Shown piece by piece: positions 38,148 through 47,274 of a DNA stretch of 64,000 nt. How positions within the stretch are numbered: the first letter of the stretch is position 1; each line of letters starts with the position of its first letter. The DNA lies in IMG/VR virus record IMGVR_UViG_3300049255_000541. One strand, 5' to 3'. The notes below the pieces were generated by a model that worked only from the letters and a program-made list of their open reading frames with translations, had not been told where the DNA came from and ran no database searches. This stretch comes from a virus. A program made the translations under genes and the position numbers.

Positions 38148-38393
38148 ATGGAGAACCTAGTCAGACTGAAAAGCGGCACCGAAGTAGAGGTTACCGACCT
38201 GCTAAAGCGGATCAAACGCGTGAAGGAGAAAGTAGATTTCTACAGCACCCTTCGCCAGGAGTTCGTCGATATGTCAGGTGATTACCACGACGACATACGG
38301 CTGGCCGAGATCCAGACCGACCTCCACAATGAGATCTACCGTAATCTCATCGCCGCGCTGGCGGAACACGCTGGGCTGAGGCTCTCTGCCTGA
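38148..38393 (+). CDS. Small helical early protein
   Basis: 81 aa between a promoter and a terminator. Confidence 0.7.
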   Translation: MENLVRLKSGTEVEVTDLLKRIKRVKEKVDFYSTLRQEFVDMSGDYHDDIRLAEIQTDLHNEIYRNLIAALAEHAGLRLSA

Positions 38394-38420
38394 TCCCGGC
38401 CGGTCACCACCAGCAGCAGA

Positions 38421-38462
38421 AGGGCCGCCGCGGAGATCCTCCCGGCGGCCCTTTCTTCTTTC
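38421..38462 (+). terminator. Intrinsic terminator
   Basis: AGGGCCGCCG/CGGCGGCCCT stem followed by TTCTTCTTT. Confidence 0.75.
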
Positions 38463-38469
38463 CATCGCC

Positions 38470-38525
38470 GTCAACATAATATTTTTGGAAATACCCTTGC
38501 GGAAGGCTTTTGCGATTACCTATCT
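38470..38525 (+). promoter_or_regulatory. Promoter-family member
   Basis: GTCAAC-N18-CCCTTGCGG-N17-CTATCT. Confidence 0.7.
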
Positions 38526-38564
38526 CGTTCGTAGGACGCAACGAGACGAACCAGGGGATCCGAA

Positions 38565-38891
38565 ATGGCAGGTAAAGTGATCGATATGGGCCGCGGCCGG
38601 TGCAACAAATGCTTCGAGAACACCTGCGGGGTGAACGTGTTCCGGAAGCCGTGGTATAACGAGGATTTAGCCTGCAAGCACACCCTGGAACTTGCTGGTT
38701 TCCGTAAATGCGCCGGGTGCGGCCGCCCTGGCTACGCTCCGGACAACGGATACATCACCATTTGGCAGACGCATCCCGATTGGGTAGCCGAGGCGATCCC
38801 CGACTGGGAGGCGATGCTGGCGGCAGAAGACCTCGAGGTGCCCGTGCAAGTGTCATCAGGGTATTCCGCATTCTGGGCGGCGGCCGCTTAA
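38565..38891 (+). CDS. Small Zn-binding protein, paralog of 35642-35947
   Basis: CNKC...VFRKPW...ELAGFRKCAGCGRPG. Confidence 0.75.
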   Translation: MAGKVIDMGRGRCNKCFENTCGVNVFRKPWYNEDLACKHTLELAGFRKCAGCGRPGYAPDNGYITIWQTHPDWVAEAIPDWEAMLAAEDLEVPVQVSSGYSAFWAAAA

Positions 38892-38916
38892 GCAGACTTG
38901 GTCTACCAGGAAGATT

Positions 38917-38958
38917 TGAAGGCCGTCCGGCAGGGTTCCGGGCGGCCTTCACCATTTT
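38917..38958 (+). terminator. Terminator-like hairpin
   Basis: 14-bp stem TGAAGGCCGTCCGG/CCGGGCGGCCTTCA then CCATTTT. Confidence 0.6.
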
Positions 38959-39052
38959 GGTCGACCGGATGGCGGGGATAACGTCCCAGCCGGTGATCAC
39001 CAACAGCAACATGAGCGGTCCGCCGCGGCGGTGCATTGCATGGTGGTCGGAT

Positions 39053-39304
39053 ATGTCCGACGGTCACCACCTGATCTTCAAGGGGTCGGCCGTGACGATG
39101 TCGGTGCACGATGCGCTGGAGTTGTGGCAGGAAGGCCGCATGACGGCTGAGGAAGCCATGCGGTGGACCGGTTGCACGTCAGTAGGCGAAATGGTGGCCG
39201 CGTGCTGGAGCTGTGGCGTGCCGGTAGTGAGGGCGGTGTCCCTCCATGAGATGGCGGAAGCCGAAGAAGTGGCAAAGGAATGCCTGGGGTGGCCTCGGGG
39301 TTGA
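39053..39304 (+). CDS. Hypothetical protein
   Basis: MSDGHHLIFKG...; start uncertain. Confidence 0.45.
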   Translation: MSDGHHLIFKGSAVTMSVHDALELWQEGRMTAEEAMRWTGCTSVGEMVAACWSCGVPVVRAVSLHEMAEAEEVAKECLGWPRG

Positions 39305-39393
39305 ACGGCCGGATCGGCGTCTGCTGGCCTTTTTATAGCAGTCCAAAACGACGATGTCGGCGACGGAAATGCTTGTGTCTTGCCTGCGACCGA

Positions 39394-39762
39394 TCAGCGC
39401 GGAAGACCATTCATTGTCCCTTGGTCGACGACTACCTCGATCTTTCCGCCGCGCTCCCTGACCAAGCGGTTATACTCCTCATGGATCGCGCTTTGGGCAG
39501 CCTGCCATTTCTTACCGTGCCCCGCGCGCAGCCCGGCGACCACGTGGGCCAGTTCGTGCACCAGAATTCCGAGAACACTGATGTAAGGCCAGCGGGGGTC
39601 GATCACCACCTGCGGCTTACCGCGCGCGCTGAAGTCGGCGAACCCCGCTGCCGGTTCGTCATCGATGACCCGGAAGGTGACAGTTGTGGATTTCCCCGGG
39701 TATAGGTTTTCGAACGCCTGGATGACCGTGGCAATCGGATCGAAGCGGAGGGCTACTGGCAA
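39394..39762 (-). CDS. SprT-like zinc metalloprotease domain protein
   Basis: ILVHELAHVV...GHGKKW. Confidence 0.7.
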   Translation of the reverse strand: MPVALRFDPIATVIQAFENLYPGKSTTVTFRVIDDEPAAGFADFSARGKPQVVIDPRWPYISVLGILVHELAHVVAGLRAGHGKKWQAAQSAIHEEYNRLVRERGGKIEVVVDQGTMNGLPR

Positions 39763-40040
39763 CGTGACGCCCTCCGGAGATCCGCCAAGTGGCGCTTGAG
39801 GATACCTATCAGCTGCTTCTGTGCATCCCGCAAAGCCCTAGCGGACTGCGTATCCCGCGCCACTCCGGACATCCTCTTTCTGCCTTCCCGGAGGCGCATG
39901 ATCTTTTCGACGAGATCCGCCTCGGTCTTACGGAGATCCACCGTAGCGGGGTGGGGCGCCACTGCTTCCATGTGCACAATAGGCATTGCAGTTCTCCACG
40001 GAACTTGGTGGACCGCCGGACGGTCACTGGCAGGCGACAT
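39753..40040 (-). CDS. Hypothetical protein
   Basis: 95 aa, helical C-terminus. Confidence 0.5.
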   Translation of the reverse strand: MSPASDRPAVHQVPWRTAMPIVHMEAVAPHPATVDLRKTEADLVEKIMRLREGRKRMSGVARDTQSARALRDAQKQLIGILKRHLADLRRASRCQ

Positions 40041-40085
40041 GCCGCGGCGGTCCTCGCCGCCGGCGCAGCCGGTGGCGAGACATGA

Positions 40086-40421
40086 TTATGCGCCGATCGC
40101 CATGACGATTGCATCGTTTACGGCATGATCATCTGGGAGTGCCGCATCGCCGCGGGGCACCACATGCGACTGCCACAAGTTCTCCGCGGCTGCCGCAATC
40201 TCGTAGCGGTCCCATGTCTCGCCTTCGAACACCTGGAACGTACCGACCACCTCACGGGCAGCATGCCGGGCGCCCCGACGGTGCACGCGGAAGTCATAGC
40301 CCTCGATGACGTCCGTCATGAACCCGTTAGATATCCGCCTGTAGATCGGTGCGTATGTCACGGCAGGGGTGCATCCCAAGTCTGCGCGCCACCATATGCG
40401 GCGCTTCCACGGGTCTGACAT
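40086..40421 (-). CDS. Hypothetical protein
   Basis: GGAGGG RBS, 111 aa. Confidence 0.5.
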   Translation of the reverse strand: MSDPWKRRIWWRADLGCTPAVTYAPIYRRISNGFMTDVIEGYDFRVHRRGARHAAREVVGTFQVFEGETWDRYEIAAAAENLWQSHVVPRGDAALPDDHAVNDAIVMAIGA

Positions 40422-40553
40422 CGGGATACCCTCCGCGTTTGGCGATCACTCAGAATACATCTGGGCACCGCAAGAATGGAAGGATATCGACGTGCTTAAA
40501 TGTCTACCCAAGGTCCAATCTGCCGAACTTCTCAACGTTCTTCATCTAGTATA

Positions 40554-43382
40554 TCAAAAACCGTATTTTTCACGCCGCAACTTAAATGCGTTCTCGCCGC
40601 CTTCCATGATCTGCTTAATGGCATCCCTGACATCGGGCACATCAATTGCTCCGACACCCTGGATCGTGCCGCGGGACTGGTCGCCCGATGTCCGGTAGCC
40701 GAACCAGGCGACGAGTTCGGCATCGCCGTTCACGACAAGGTTCGCGTTGTGGCTGGCAAAAACTATCTGCCGGAGTTTCTTCGCATCCCAGAGCTGGTTT
40801 ACGATTTCCAGCATGACCGGGTTATCCAGATCTTCTTCCGGTTGGTCTATGATGAGCGGCGGCCCCGGCTGGTTGAGAAGTGTTTTCAGGAGGGCGGTCG
40901 CCTGCTGTCCCGCCGATGCGTTCTTGAAGGGGATGTAATCCCCTTCCCGGGAGCGAAATTCGTAGATTGGCACGGATGCCAGCGGCGTCAGCGAGACGAC
41001 GAGCCACTTCTCCGGCGTAAGGTATTGGGCCACCCTATCCAGATCCCCCGCGTTGAACCCCAGGCTCACCAGGGTGGCGCCTCCCGGGCGGGTTCCTTCT
41101 CCGCGATCAACGTCGAAGGCCGCCAACGCCTCCAGCTCTGAAACCACCGAAGTCCAGATTGATCTGGCGTCAGCGGCCGCTGCGATACCCTCGCCCAGCG
41201 CCTCGATTTTCGTATTCTGCATACGCGAGCCCTGCAGTGCGGCCCTGAGAGCGGTGATGAACGCCTTGGGATCGGCATACCGCTTGACGCAAACCTTGAT
41301 CATTTCGCCGGATCGTTTGGTCAGCTGGGCGCACTCTTTATCGACCAAATCATCGTGCTCGGCCTGCGCTCCTATCCATTCCTCACGTGCCGTCAGATAA
41401 TCCTTCTCTGCGGTTGCAAGGGTGGCGAGAATTTCCCGGATACGTGTCGTTTCGGCAGAGATCTCGGAGGCTCGTGCTTCAAGGGCACGGAGCTGATTGA
41501 GCTTCTCAGTATGGGAGGACGATCTCTCCATCGCTGCAGCGTATTCGGTTTGGAACGCCGTCTGAAGGGTTTTCCATTCAGCCCAAGGGCCCGAAGCAGT
41601 GTCTTCGTCGACTATCGCCCCAGATGCAGCGACTACCTCATCGAGCGCCACCACGGCCGCTTTCAGCATCGCCTCGTAATCGGCCCGGGCCTTCTCCAGT
41701 GTTCCCTTGGCGGCGGCCGGCTCGACAGGAACATGCTGGATTGCCGTCGCCTGGGATTGAACCAGCTGGCGCAACTCCTTGGCCTTCTGGCTGACAGTAC
41801 TAGCTCCGGCTCTCCACGATGTAACCAATGAGCCCGCGGCGTTGTAATGCTGACCCTGCTCCAATATCGCACGGTCGTCTTCCGTCAGCCCGGCCAGCGA
41901 CGTGCGGATAGTATTGGCCTGCTCGGTGATGGAGCGTTCTTCAAGGGTGCGGTTGTGAAGCGTTGACGTGAGATCCCTGAAACGCTGAAGCGTTGCGTAG
42001 GTCTCCCTGATGCGGTTTGCCCGATCGCTTCCTTTCCGCTGCAGCCGGTCCAGATCGCCCTTGATCGGTGCGGTGATAAAGCGCGTCAGTTCCTCAATGC
42101 GGACACTCACATCGCTTAACTGCTTCTGGCTGTAAGCCTGGATCGGAAGGAGTGCCCGCACCTCCTCCTCCGTGCAGGACTGCAGAGTGCCTGCACCGAT
42201 TTTCATCTGCACGCTGCCGTCTTTGCTGTGGCGCCTGACCAGATGGGAGACGCCGTTCAGGACATAGTTGACATCCACCGTGGCGCCAAACGGCTTCAGG
42301 GTTCCATCTATGAGGCGTGACCGCCTGGCCTGGTAATTGGGTGAATCCTCACTGTCAGTGTCGGGTGGCTGATCGCATAAGGCCCAGCGGATGTACTCGA
42401 GCACAGTGGACTTGCCGGTTCCGCGCCCTCCGATGAGGGCGCTGTATTGAGGGTTCAAATCCAGGTCCAGCGGGCCGATGAAGGTGGACGTGCTGACGCT
42501 GATGGTCGAGATGTATGTTTCCGGAACCTGCGGTAGGAGGTGAGATATCCTTGATTCCTGTGCGAGGCAGGCCTGACGCAGGGCTTCGGCGGTAGGTGTC
42601 GCCCACTTAATCCAGGTTGTGTTCAAGCCGAGGGTTGTATGGTCGTCCCGCCTCGAGTCTGATGTTTGGATGCATGCAATTCGCCTGTTGCCCCAAGCCT
42701 TATCTTTTCCGTTGAGCCTGTTCTTCGTGCCAAGGCTGAGTTTATCGTATGAACCGTCCACATATCCCCCGACACATGGCATCTCCACATACTTGTGGGT
42801 CTGACCAACCCGGAAGAGGGAATGCCTGCCTTCATCTGTGACATTGGGGTAAATTATGTAACGACCCCGCAAGTATTCATGCTCGTCGAGTTTCTCTTTC
42901 AGCTCTGAGAATGTCGTAATCGTTCCAAGCTGCACGACATCCCGGACCCTCGCATCCTCGGGTTTATTTTGACTGATCGCGAGCGCTGTTGTCGCCAGCG
43001 AGAACATGTCTTTGGGAAAATCAGCATCGAAGATCAGGAGAGCCTGACATGGTACGCCGAGCGTCAACTCCATACCAGGGAACACAATCAGTTTTTGGAG
43101 TTTAACCTGGTCGGACCCGTTTTCGTCTAGTTCCTCTTCCGCCGCCTGCCGGATAAATGGCAGGAAGGTCATACAGTGATGGTCGGTGATCGCGACGGCA
43201 TGGAGACCTTTCTCCCGGCAGGCGGCAACAAATCGCCTGCCATAGGCGAGGCGCTCTTCATCGGTTACCGCATCCGGTCCCGCCCAGTTCTTATCCCTCG
43301 GCGTATGGACCTGAAAATCGCAGTGGTAGAAATGCGCGCCTTTATCCACGATCGTATCCACCCATCCGATTGTTTCGGGCAA
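40554..43382 (-). CDS. ppl: PHP phosphoesterase plus coiled-coil ABC/SMC-type ATPase (Ppl/TrlF-like anti-phage protein)
   Basis: DFQVHTP, AITDHH, GMELT, SDS (PHP); GGRGTGKS, SAGQQ, IIDQPE, SHNANL (ATPase); visibly lower GC than the flanks. Confidence 0.85.
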   Translation of the reverse strand: MPETIGWVDTIVDKGAHFYHCDFQVHTPRDKNWAGPDAVTDEERLAYGRRFVAACREKGLHAVAITDHHCMTFLPFIRQAAEEELDENGSDQVKLQKLIVFPGMELTLGVPCQALLIFDADFPKDMFSLATTALAISQNKPEDARVRDVVQLGTITTFSELKEKLDEHEYLRGRYIIYPNVTDEGRHSLFRVGQTHKYVEMPCVGGYVDGSYDKLSLGTKNRLNGKDKAWGNRRIACIQTSDSRRDDHTTLGLNTTWIKWATPTAEALRQACLAQESRISHLLPQVPETYISTISVSTSTFIGPLDLDLNPQYSALIGGRGTGKSTVLEYIRWALCDQPPDTDSEDSPNYQARRSRLIDGTLKPFGATVDVNYVLNGVSHLVRRHSKDGSVQMKIGAGTLQSCTEEEVRALLPIQAYSQKQLSDVSVRIEELTRFITAPIKGDLDRLQRKGSDRANRIRETYATLQRFRDLTSTLHNRTLEERSITEQANTIRTSLAGLTEDDRAILEQGQHYNAAGSLVTSWRAGASTVSQKAKELRQLVQSQATAIQHVPVEPAAAKGTLEKARADYEAMLKAAVVALDEVVAASGAIVDEDTASGPWAEWKTLQTAFQTEYAAAMERSSSHTEKLNQLRALEARASEISAETTRIREILATLATAEKDYLTAREEWIGAQAEHDDLVDKECAQLTKRSGEMIKVCVKRYADPKAFITALRAALQGSRMQNTKIEALGEGIAAAADARSIWTSVVSELEALAAFDVDRGEGTRPGGATLVSLGFNAGDLDRVAQYLTPEKWLVVSLTPLASVPIYEFRSREGDYIPFKNASAGQQATALLKTLLNQPGPPLIIDQPEEDLDNPVMLEIVNQLWDAKKLRQIVFASHNANLVVNGDAELVAWFGYRTSGDQSRGTIQGVGAIDVPDVRDAIKQIMEGGENAFKLRREKYGF

Positions 43383-43464
43383 CCTAATCGGATCGGGGAC
43401 GGAAGACTATGGTGCTCTCAAAGGGTTGCCTAACGGTGGTCAGCCGCCCTCATCCCGTTGCAAA

Positions 43465-44805
43465 TCAGTCCTTGAAGGGGTCGAACTCCCCACTGCCGGC
43501 CATCGCTACCCCGAAAGGCCTGAGGGTGTGCAACACCCGCACGGTCTCCGAATGGTGCGCCAGGACCTCCGGCAGCCTTCGGTAGGCCATCGGACTCTCG
43601 TCGAGATCCCCGCCGACCAGGGTCACCCCGCGCTCCTGCAGCCAGGCATCCATCTCCGGCCGGGAGAACCGCCTCTTGGCTTCCATGCGCCCGAAAAGCC
43701 GCCCGGCGCCGTGCACCGTCGAATAGAGAGAGACCCGCGCCTCCGGCCCATCCACGCCCTCTAGGATGACCGCATCGTCGCCCATGGAGCCGCCCACGAA
43801 TCCCCGCTGTCCTGGGAAAGCCGGGGTTGCCCCTTTGCGCACCACCCACAGATCGCGGCCGCCGTGGTTCTCGCGCCAGGCGTAGTTGTGGTGGTTGTGC
43901 ACCATGTCGGTGATGTGGCCGCCGATGATCTGGCGTACGCGCTCCACCACCCATTCGCGCCCGGCGTAGGAATACCGCCCGGCTAGCTGCATGGCGGCGA
44001 TGTAGCGGCGGCCGATCTCGCTGTCCTCGTCCACCACGGCAGGGGGCACGTGCATGCCATCCCGCCCGCCAGCGGCCTTCAGGTAGCGGGTTGCGCTGGT
44101 GTGGCCGAGGCCGCGGCTACCGAAGTGCACGCCAACCCAGACGTAGCCATCCTCGTCGCGCATCAGGTCGACGTAGTGATTCCCGGATCCCACCGTCCCG
44201 AGCTGGGTGACGGCTTTCTGCCGATATTCCCCCATGTCGGATTCCCGCCATGCATCGGTGTCGTCGAAGAGTTCGTGTTCGACAGTTTCCGCATTGGTGC
44301 GGCCGATGCCGAAGGAAATCACCCGGGCGACATCTTGCATGATCGGATAAATGTTCGCGTGGATGTCTGCAAACTTCGTGTCCAGCCTCGCGGCCATGTT
44401 CCCGCAGCCGATGTCGAAGCCAACGCCGGAGATGGAGATCTGCTTCTCGTAGGCGATCACCCCGCCGACAGGCTGCGCATACCCAAGGTGGCCGTCGGCA
44501 CAGATGACGCCCGCCACCGCATTACCTACCGACATGCAGGACCGCATCTGCGCCACGGTCTTCTCATCGTGGTCGCCGATCACTTTCAGCGGGCTGTCCC
44601 GGTAGGCCTCCGGCTGCGGCATCGGGCCGATGCCCTCGCCGGACATCTGGGCGGACTTCTCCTTTTTGGCGGCGTCCATGTACGACAGCCACACCGGGGC
44701 GCCGCGCGCGCCGTCGGATGTCACGGAACGCGCGTTGGGATCCAGCCCGTCAGCGGATGCCATCTCACGTGCGCGGGCTTCGATTTCGTGCGTGTTCTTT
44801 GCCAT
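43465..44805 (-). CDS. rtcB: RtcB RNA ligase
   Basis: ADGHLGYAQPVGG, VGFDIGCG, LGTVGSGNHY, HFGSRGLG, HNHHN, RKGAT, GGSMG, STVHGAGR, DESPMAYR. Confidence 0.97.
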   Translation of the reverse strand: MAKNTHEIEARAREMASADGLDPNARSVTSDGARGAPVWLSYMDAAKKEKSAQMSGEGIGPMPQPEAYRDSPLKVIGDHDEKTVAQMRSCMSVGNAVAGVICADGHLGYAQPVGGVIAYEKQISISGVGFDIGCGNMAARLDTKFADIHANIYPIMQDVARVISFGIGRTNAETVEHELFDDTDAWRESDMGEYRQKAVTQLGTVGSGNHYVDLMRDEDGYVWVGVHFGSRGLGHTSATRYLKAAGGRDGMHVPPAVVDEDSEIGRRYIAAMQLAGRYSYAGREWVVERVRQIIGGHITDMVHNHHNYAWRENHGGRDLWVVRKGATPAFPGQRGFVGGSMGDDAVILEGVDGPEARVSLYSTVHGAGRLFGRMEAKRRFSRPEMDAWLQERGVTLVGGDLDESPMAYRRLPEVLAHHSETVRVLHTLRPFGVAMAGSGEFDPFKD

Positions 44806-44867
44806 GGACGTTCTCCTACACGGGACAGAAGCCGGAAAACAGGCGGCCGGTGCGACGGCCGAAGGGT

Positions 44868-45491
44868 TCATTGGCCATCATCGAGATCTTCATGCTCCGG
44901 AAGGCCAGCCACGAGATCATGCAGCGCGTTGCACTCCTCCTGCAGGCGCCTGATCTGGTCGGCAGCCTCCCGTGAGTGCGCGTGGCACCACATCGCCAGA
45001 TCGGCATCAACCTGTCCCGCGATTGTCCACCCGAGGCCCCGTCGGGCGATCCGCACGGCATTGCCGGGGAATGCCACCACCGACATCAGTGCGGCCGTCA
45101 TGCGGATGTTTTCCTGACACAGACGGTCGAGTTCTACGTTGTGCTGTTCAACGTCATTTTCCGCGGTCATCATGAGAAGCTCGCTCCATGGGGCGCTATG
45201 CCAATGCCAAACGCTGTGGGTGGCGCGCATGCGTTTGATCAGCTCCATATGCCGCACGATCCAGGCGCCACGCGCGTAGTCCAGCTTTTCAACCCGGCGG
45301 AATCCGGTCGCACGGAATGGCTCGCCTTTGCCATCTACCACGATATGCCTGGGCCAGACGCCGTCCTGATCGAGCGGACTGTCATAAAAGCCAACGCAGA
45401 AATGGTCGCCCGGGTCGCCATCATTGAATTTTGTTGCAAGGACGTAATCGCCCTTCTTCAGGCATGCGGCGGTAGTTTGCTCAACGGCCAT
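44868..45491 (-). CDS. Hypothetical protein
   Basis: MAVEQTT...GDYVLATKFNDGDPGDHFCVGFY; start inside the 3' end of the upstream ORF. Confidence 0.6.
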   Translation of the reverse strand: MAVEQTTAACLKKGDYVLATKFNDGDPGDHFCVGFYDSPLDQDGVWPRHIVVDGKGEPFRATGFRRVEKLDYARGAWIVRHMELIKRMRATHSVWHWHSAPWSELLMMTAENDVEQHNVELDRLCQENIRMTAALMSVVAFPGNAVRIARRGLGWTIAGQVDADLAMWCHAHSREAADQIRRLQEECNALHDLVAGLPEHEDLDDGQ

Positions 45492-45705
45492 ACTGCTCAG
45501 CCTCCGCCAGACACTCATCTATCGCGGCGTCGGATACGGAAATCCTCGCTCTGCGGTAAACGGCCACATCAATCTCCCGCCGGGTCCAGATGGCGCGATC
45601 TCCGCCCTCTACCTCACGGCGCACCTCCACAAAAATGCGTGGCGGGCCGAGGCGTGGCTTCGGGGCGATTTGATCCGCATCCAGACGGGCAACGTTCCCA
45701 ATCAT
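45481..45705 (-). CDS. Hypothetical protein
   Basis: 74 aa, ATGA coupling. Confidence 0.5.
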   Translation of the reverse strand: MIGNVARLDADQIAPKPRLGPPRIFVEVRREVEGGDRAIWTRREIDVAVYRRARISVSDAAIDECLAEAEQYGR

Positions 45706-46211
45706 CGTCTGTCTCCCCCTTGGCCTTCCGGTACGAGATCCACCCACTTCAATGACCGGCCGCCCGGCTCATACCCCGGTCGGGTCATCGACCCGTCCGG
45801 GTAGACTGTCCATTTCTCCGCAGAGAGGTGCGGGAACATAAGGTCATCGGCGTAGCGGAAAAAGGACCGCGACATACGCTCCCCGCCGTCGCGGTCCCAC
45901 CCACACAGCTTCATTAGGGCATTTGCCTTGGAGACAGCTTTGAAACCAAGGCCGCGGCGCTTCCAGAAGAGCGATTGCTCGTTTCCGCGACGCATCAGCT
46001 GCATCGGCCACACGTGCGAAGCCAGGGCGGAGTGGTAGGCCTGCACCAGCCTCAGCAACTCTGCCCGGCTCAGATTATCAAACGGGGTTTGTCCCCATTC
46101 GAGCTTGCGCTGCGGGACCATGCGGCTCTTGTGCGGAAGGCCGGACAGGGGTGGCCAGCAATCGTCATCAGGTGTGCCGGCGGAGATGTGGTTTTCCTTC
46201 ACCATGGTCAT
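45702..46211 (-). CDS. Hypothetical protein
   Basis: 169 aa, ATGA coupling; WGQTPFDNLSRAELL. Confidence 0.6.
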   Translation of the reverse strand: MTMVKENHISAGTPDDDCWPPLSGLPHKSRMVPQRKLEWGQTPFDNLSRAELLRLVQAYHSALASHVWPMQLMRRGNEQSLFWKRRGLGFKAVSKANALMKLCGWDRDGGERMSRSFFRYADDLMFPHLSAEKWTVYPDGSMTRPGYEPGGRSLKWVDLVPEGQGGDRR

Positions 46212-46810
46212 GCCGCCTGCACATCAGGGCAACGCCGGGCTACGCGGAGTGCGGCAGCGCGCTTACGCGTTTCCGAACTGTCGTAGTGTTCCAAAAGAGT
46301 TTGCAGGACTCCGCGAAGAAAGATTCCTAGGCCGCTCCGCTGCACTTCACCCGCATATATTTCGGTCACAGCACGCACGGACAGGCGTTCGACCGCGGTC
46401 AGTACGAGGAGTTCCGCACCGAACCTGCCATGCCTATCGACGATTGCGGAAGTGGCAGCGCGGGAGCGGTCCATGGCGTCCAAAAGACCCTGGCTGTAGC
46501 CGTCATAATTCGTGGAGCTTGTGTCTACCACGACATGCTCACCGCCCCCGGGTTTCCTGGCATTGAAGACGGCCAATTCGTAATCGAGGGCAAAGCGCTC
46601 GGCGGCATCTGAATGGCGGCGTTCGAGTGTGCCGCGCTGCACGAGTTCCTCGATGCCTCCGTAGATGCGCTGGCGGCGCACAAGGGGGGAGTGCGGCATT
46701 GCCTCGTCGGTTCGGTCCACGCCGTGCGTCCAGCGCTCCGATGGAGCGTGGAAAACTGGAGCCTTTGGTGTGGTCTGCTTCTTTTTCCTGCGGGTGCTTC
46801 GATTAGCCAA
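46208..46810 (-). CDS. DUF6456-like putative late transcription regulator/antiterminator
   Basis: ELVQRGTLERRHSDAAERFALDY, C-terminal HTH-like segment; position after the origin. Confidence 0.55.
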   Translation of the reverse strand: MANRSTRRKKKQTTPKAPVFHAPSERWTHGVDRTDEAMPHSPLVRRQRIYGGIEELVQRGTLERRHSDAAERFALDYELAVFNARKPGGGEHVVVDTSSTNYDGYSQGLLDAMDRSRAATSAIVDRHGRFGAELLVLTAVERLSVRAVTEIYAGEVQRSGLGIFLRGVLQTLLEHYDSSETRKRAAALRVARRCPDVQAA

Positions 46811-46966
46811 GATACTTGCCCTTCCGCGCAGCAGTCACCGGAATTGTCGGTGATCGCGCGGCGGGAAATCAACGTTTACGCGGCGGAGCCGTTGGGTATC
46901 CGTTCGGCTTTCACCTCTGCTTATTGGTGGACCAATTAGAAGATCCCGAATTCTCCACAACTCCTG

Positions 46967-47195
46967 CGAGTGTGGGTTTTGAGGGTTATGAGGGTTTCGC
47001 CAGCCGCGTTTCCAGAAACATGCAGCGGACGGAGAACTGTGCGTCCACTATGTCCACATTTTATCTGACAAAATTTTTATTCCAGGTGAAAAAGTCATCA
47101 AAACCCTCAATACCCTCACAGCCTGCCTTTGCTACGGTGACACTTTTCCCAGCCTTAGCTCCGGAAACCCTCAAAACCCTCATAACCCACACTCG
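46967..47195. repeat. Probable replication origin: inverted 9-bp iteron arrays around an AT-rich core
   Basis: 32-bp arms 46967-46998 and 47164-47195 are inverted with 30/32 identity; unit about AAACCCTCA; two more units at 47101-47118; directly downstream of the primase-helicase. Confidence 0.85.
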
Positions 47196-47274
47196 GCAAA
47201 GTTGTAGAAGTCCTGAAAACAAAAACCCCGGCATGAGCCGGGGTCTTGGTAGTCCGCCTGATTTCCTTCGGGGT

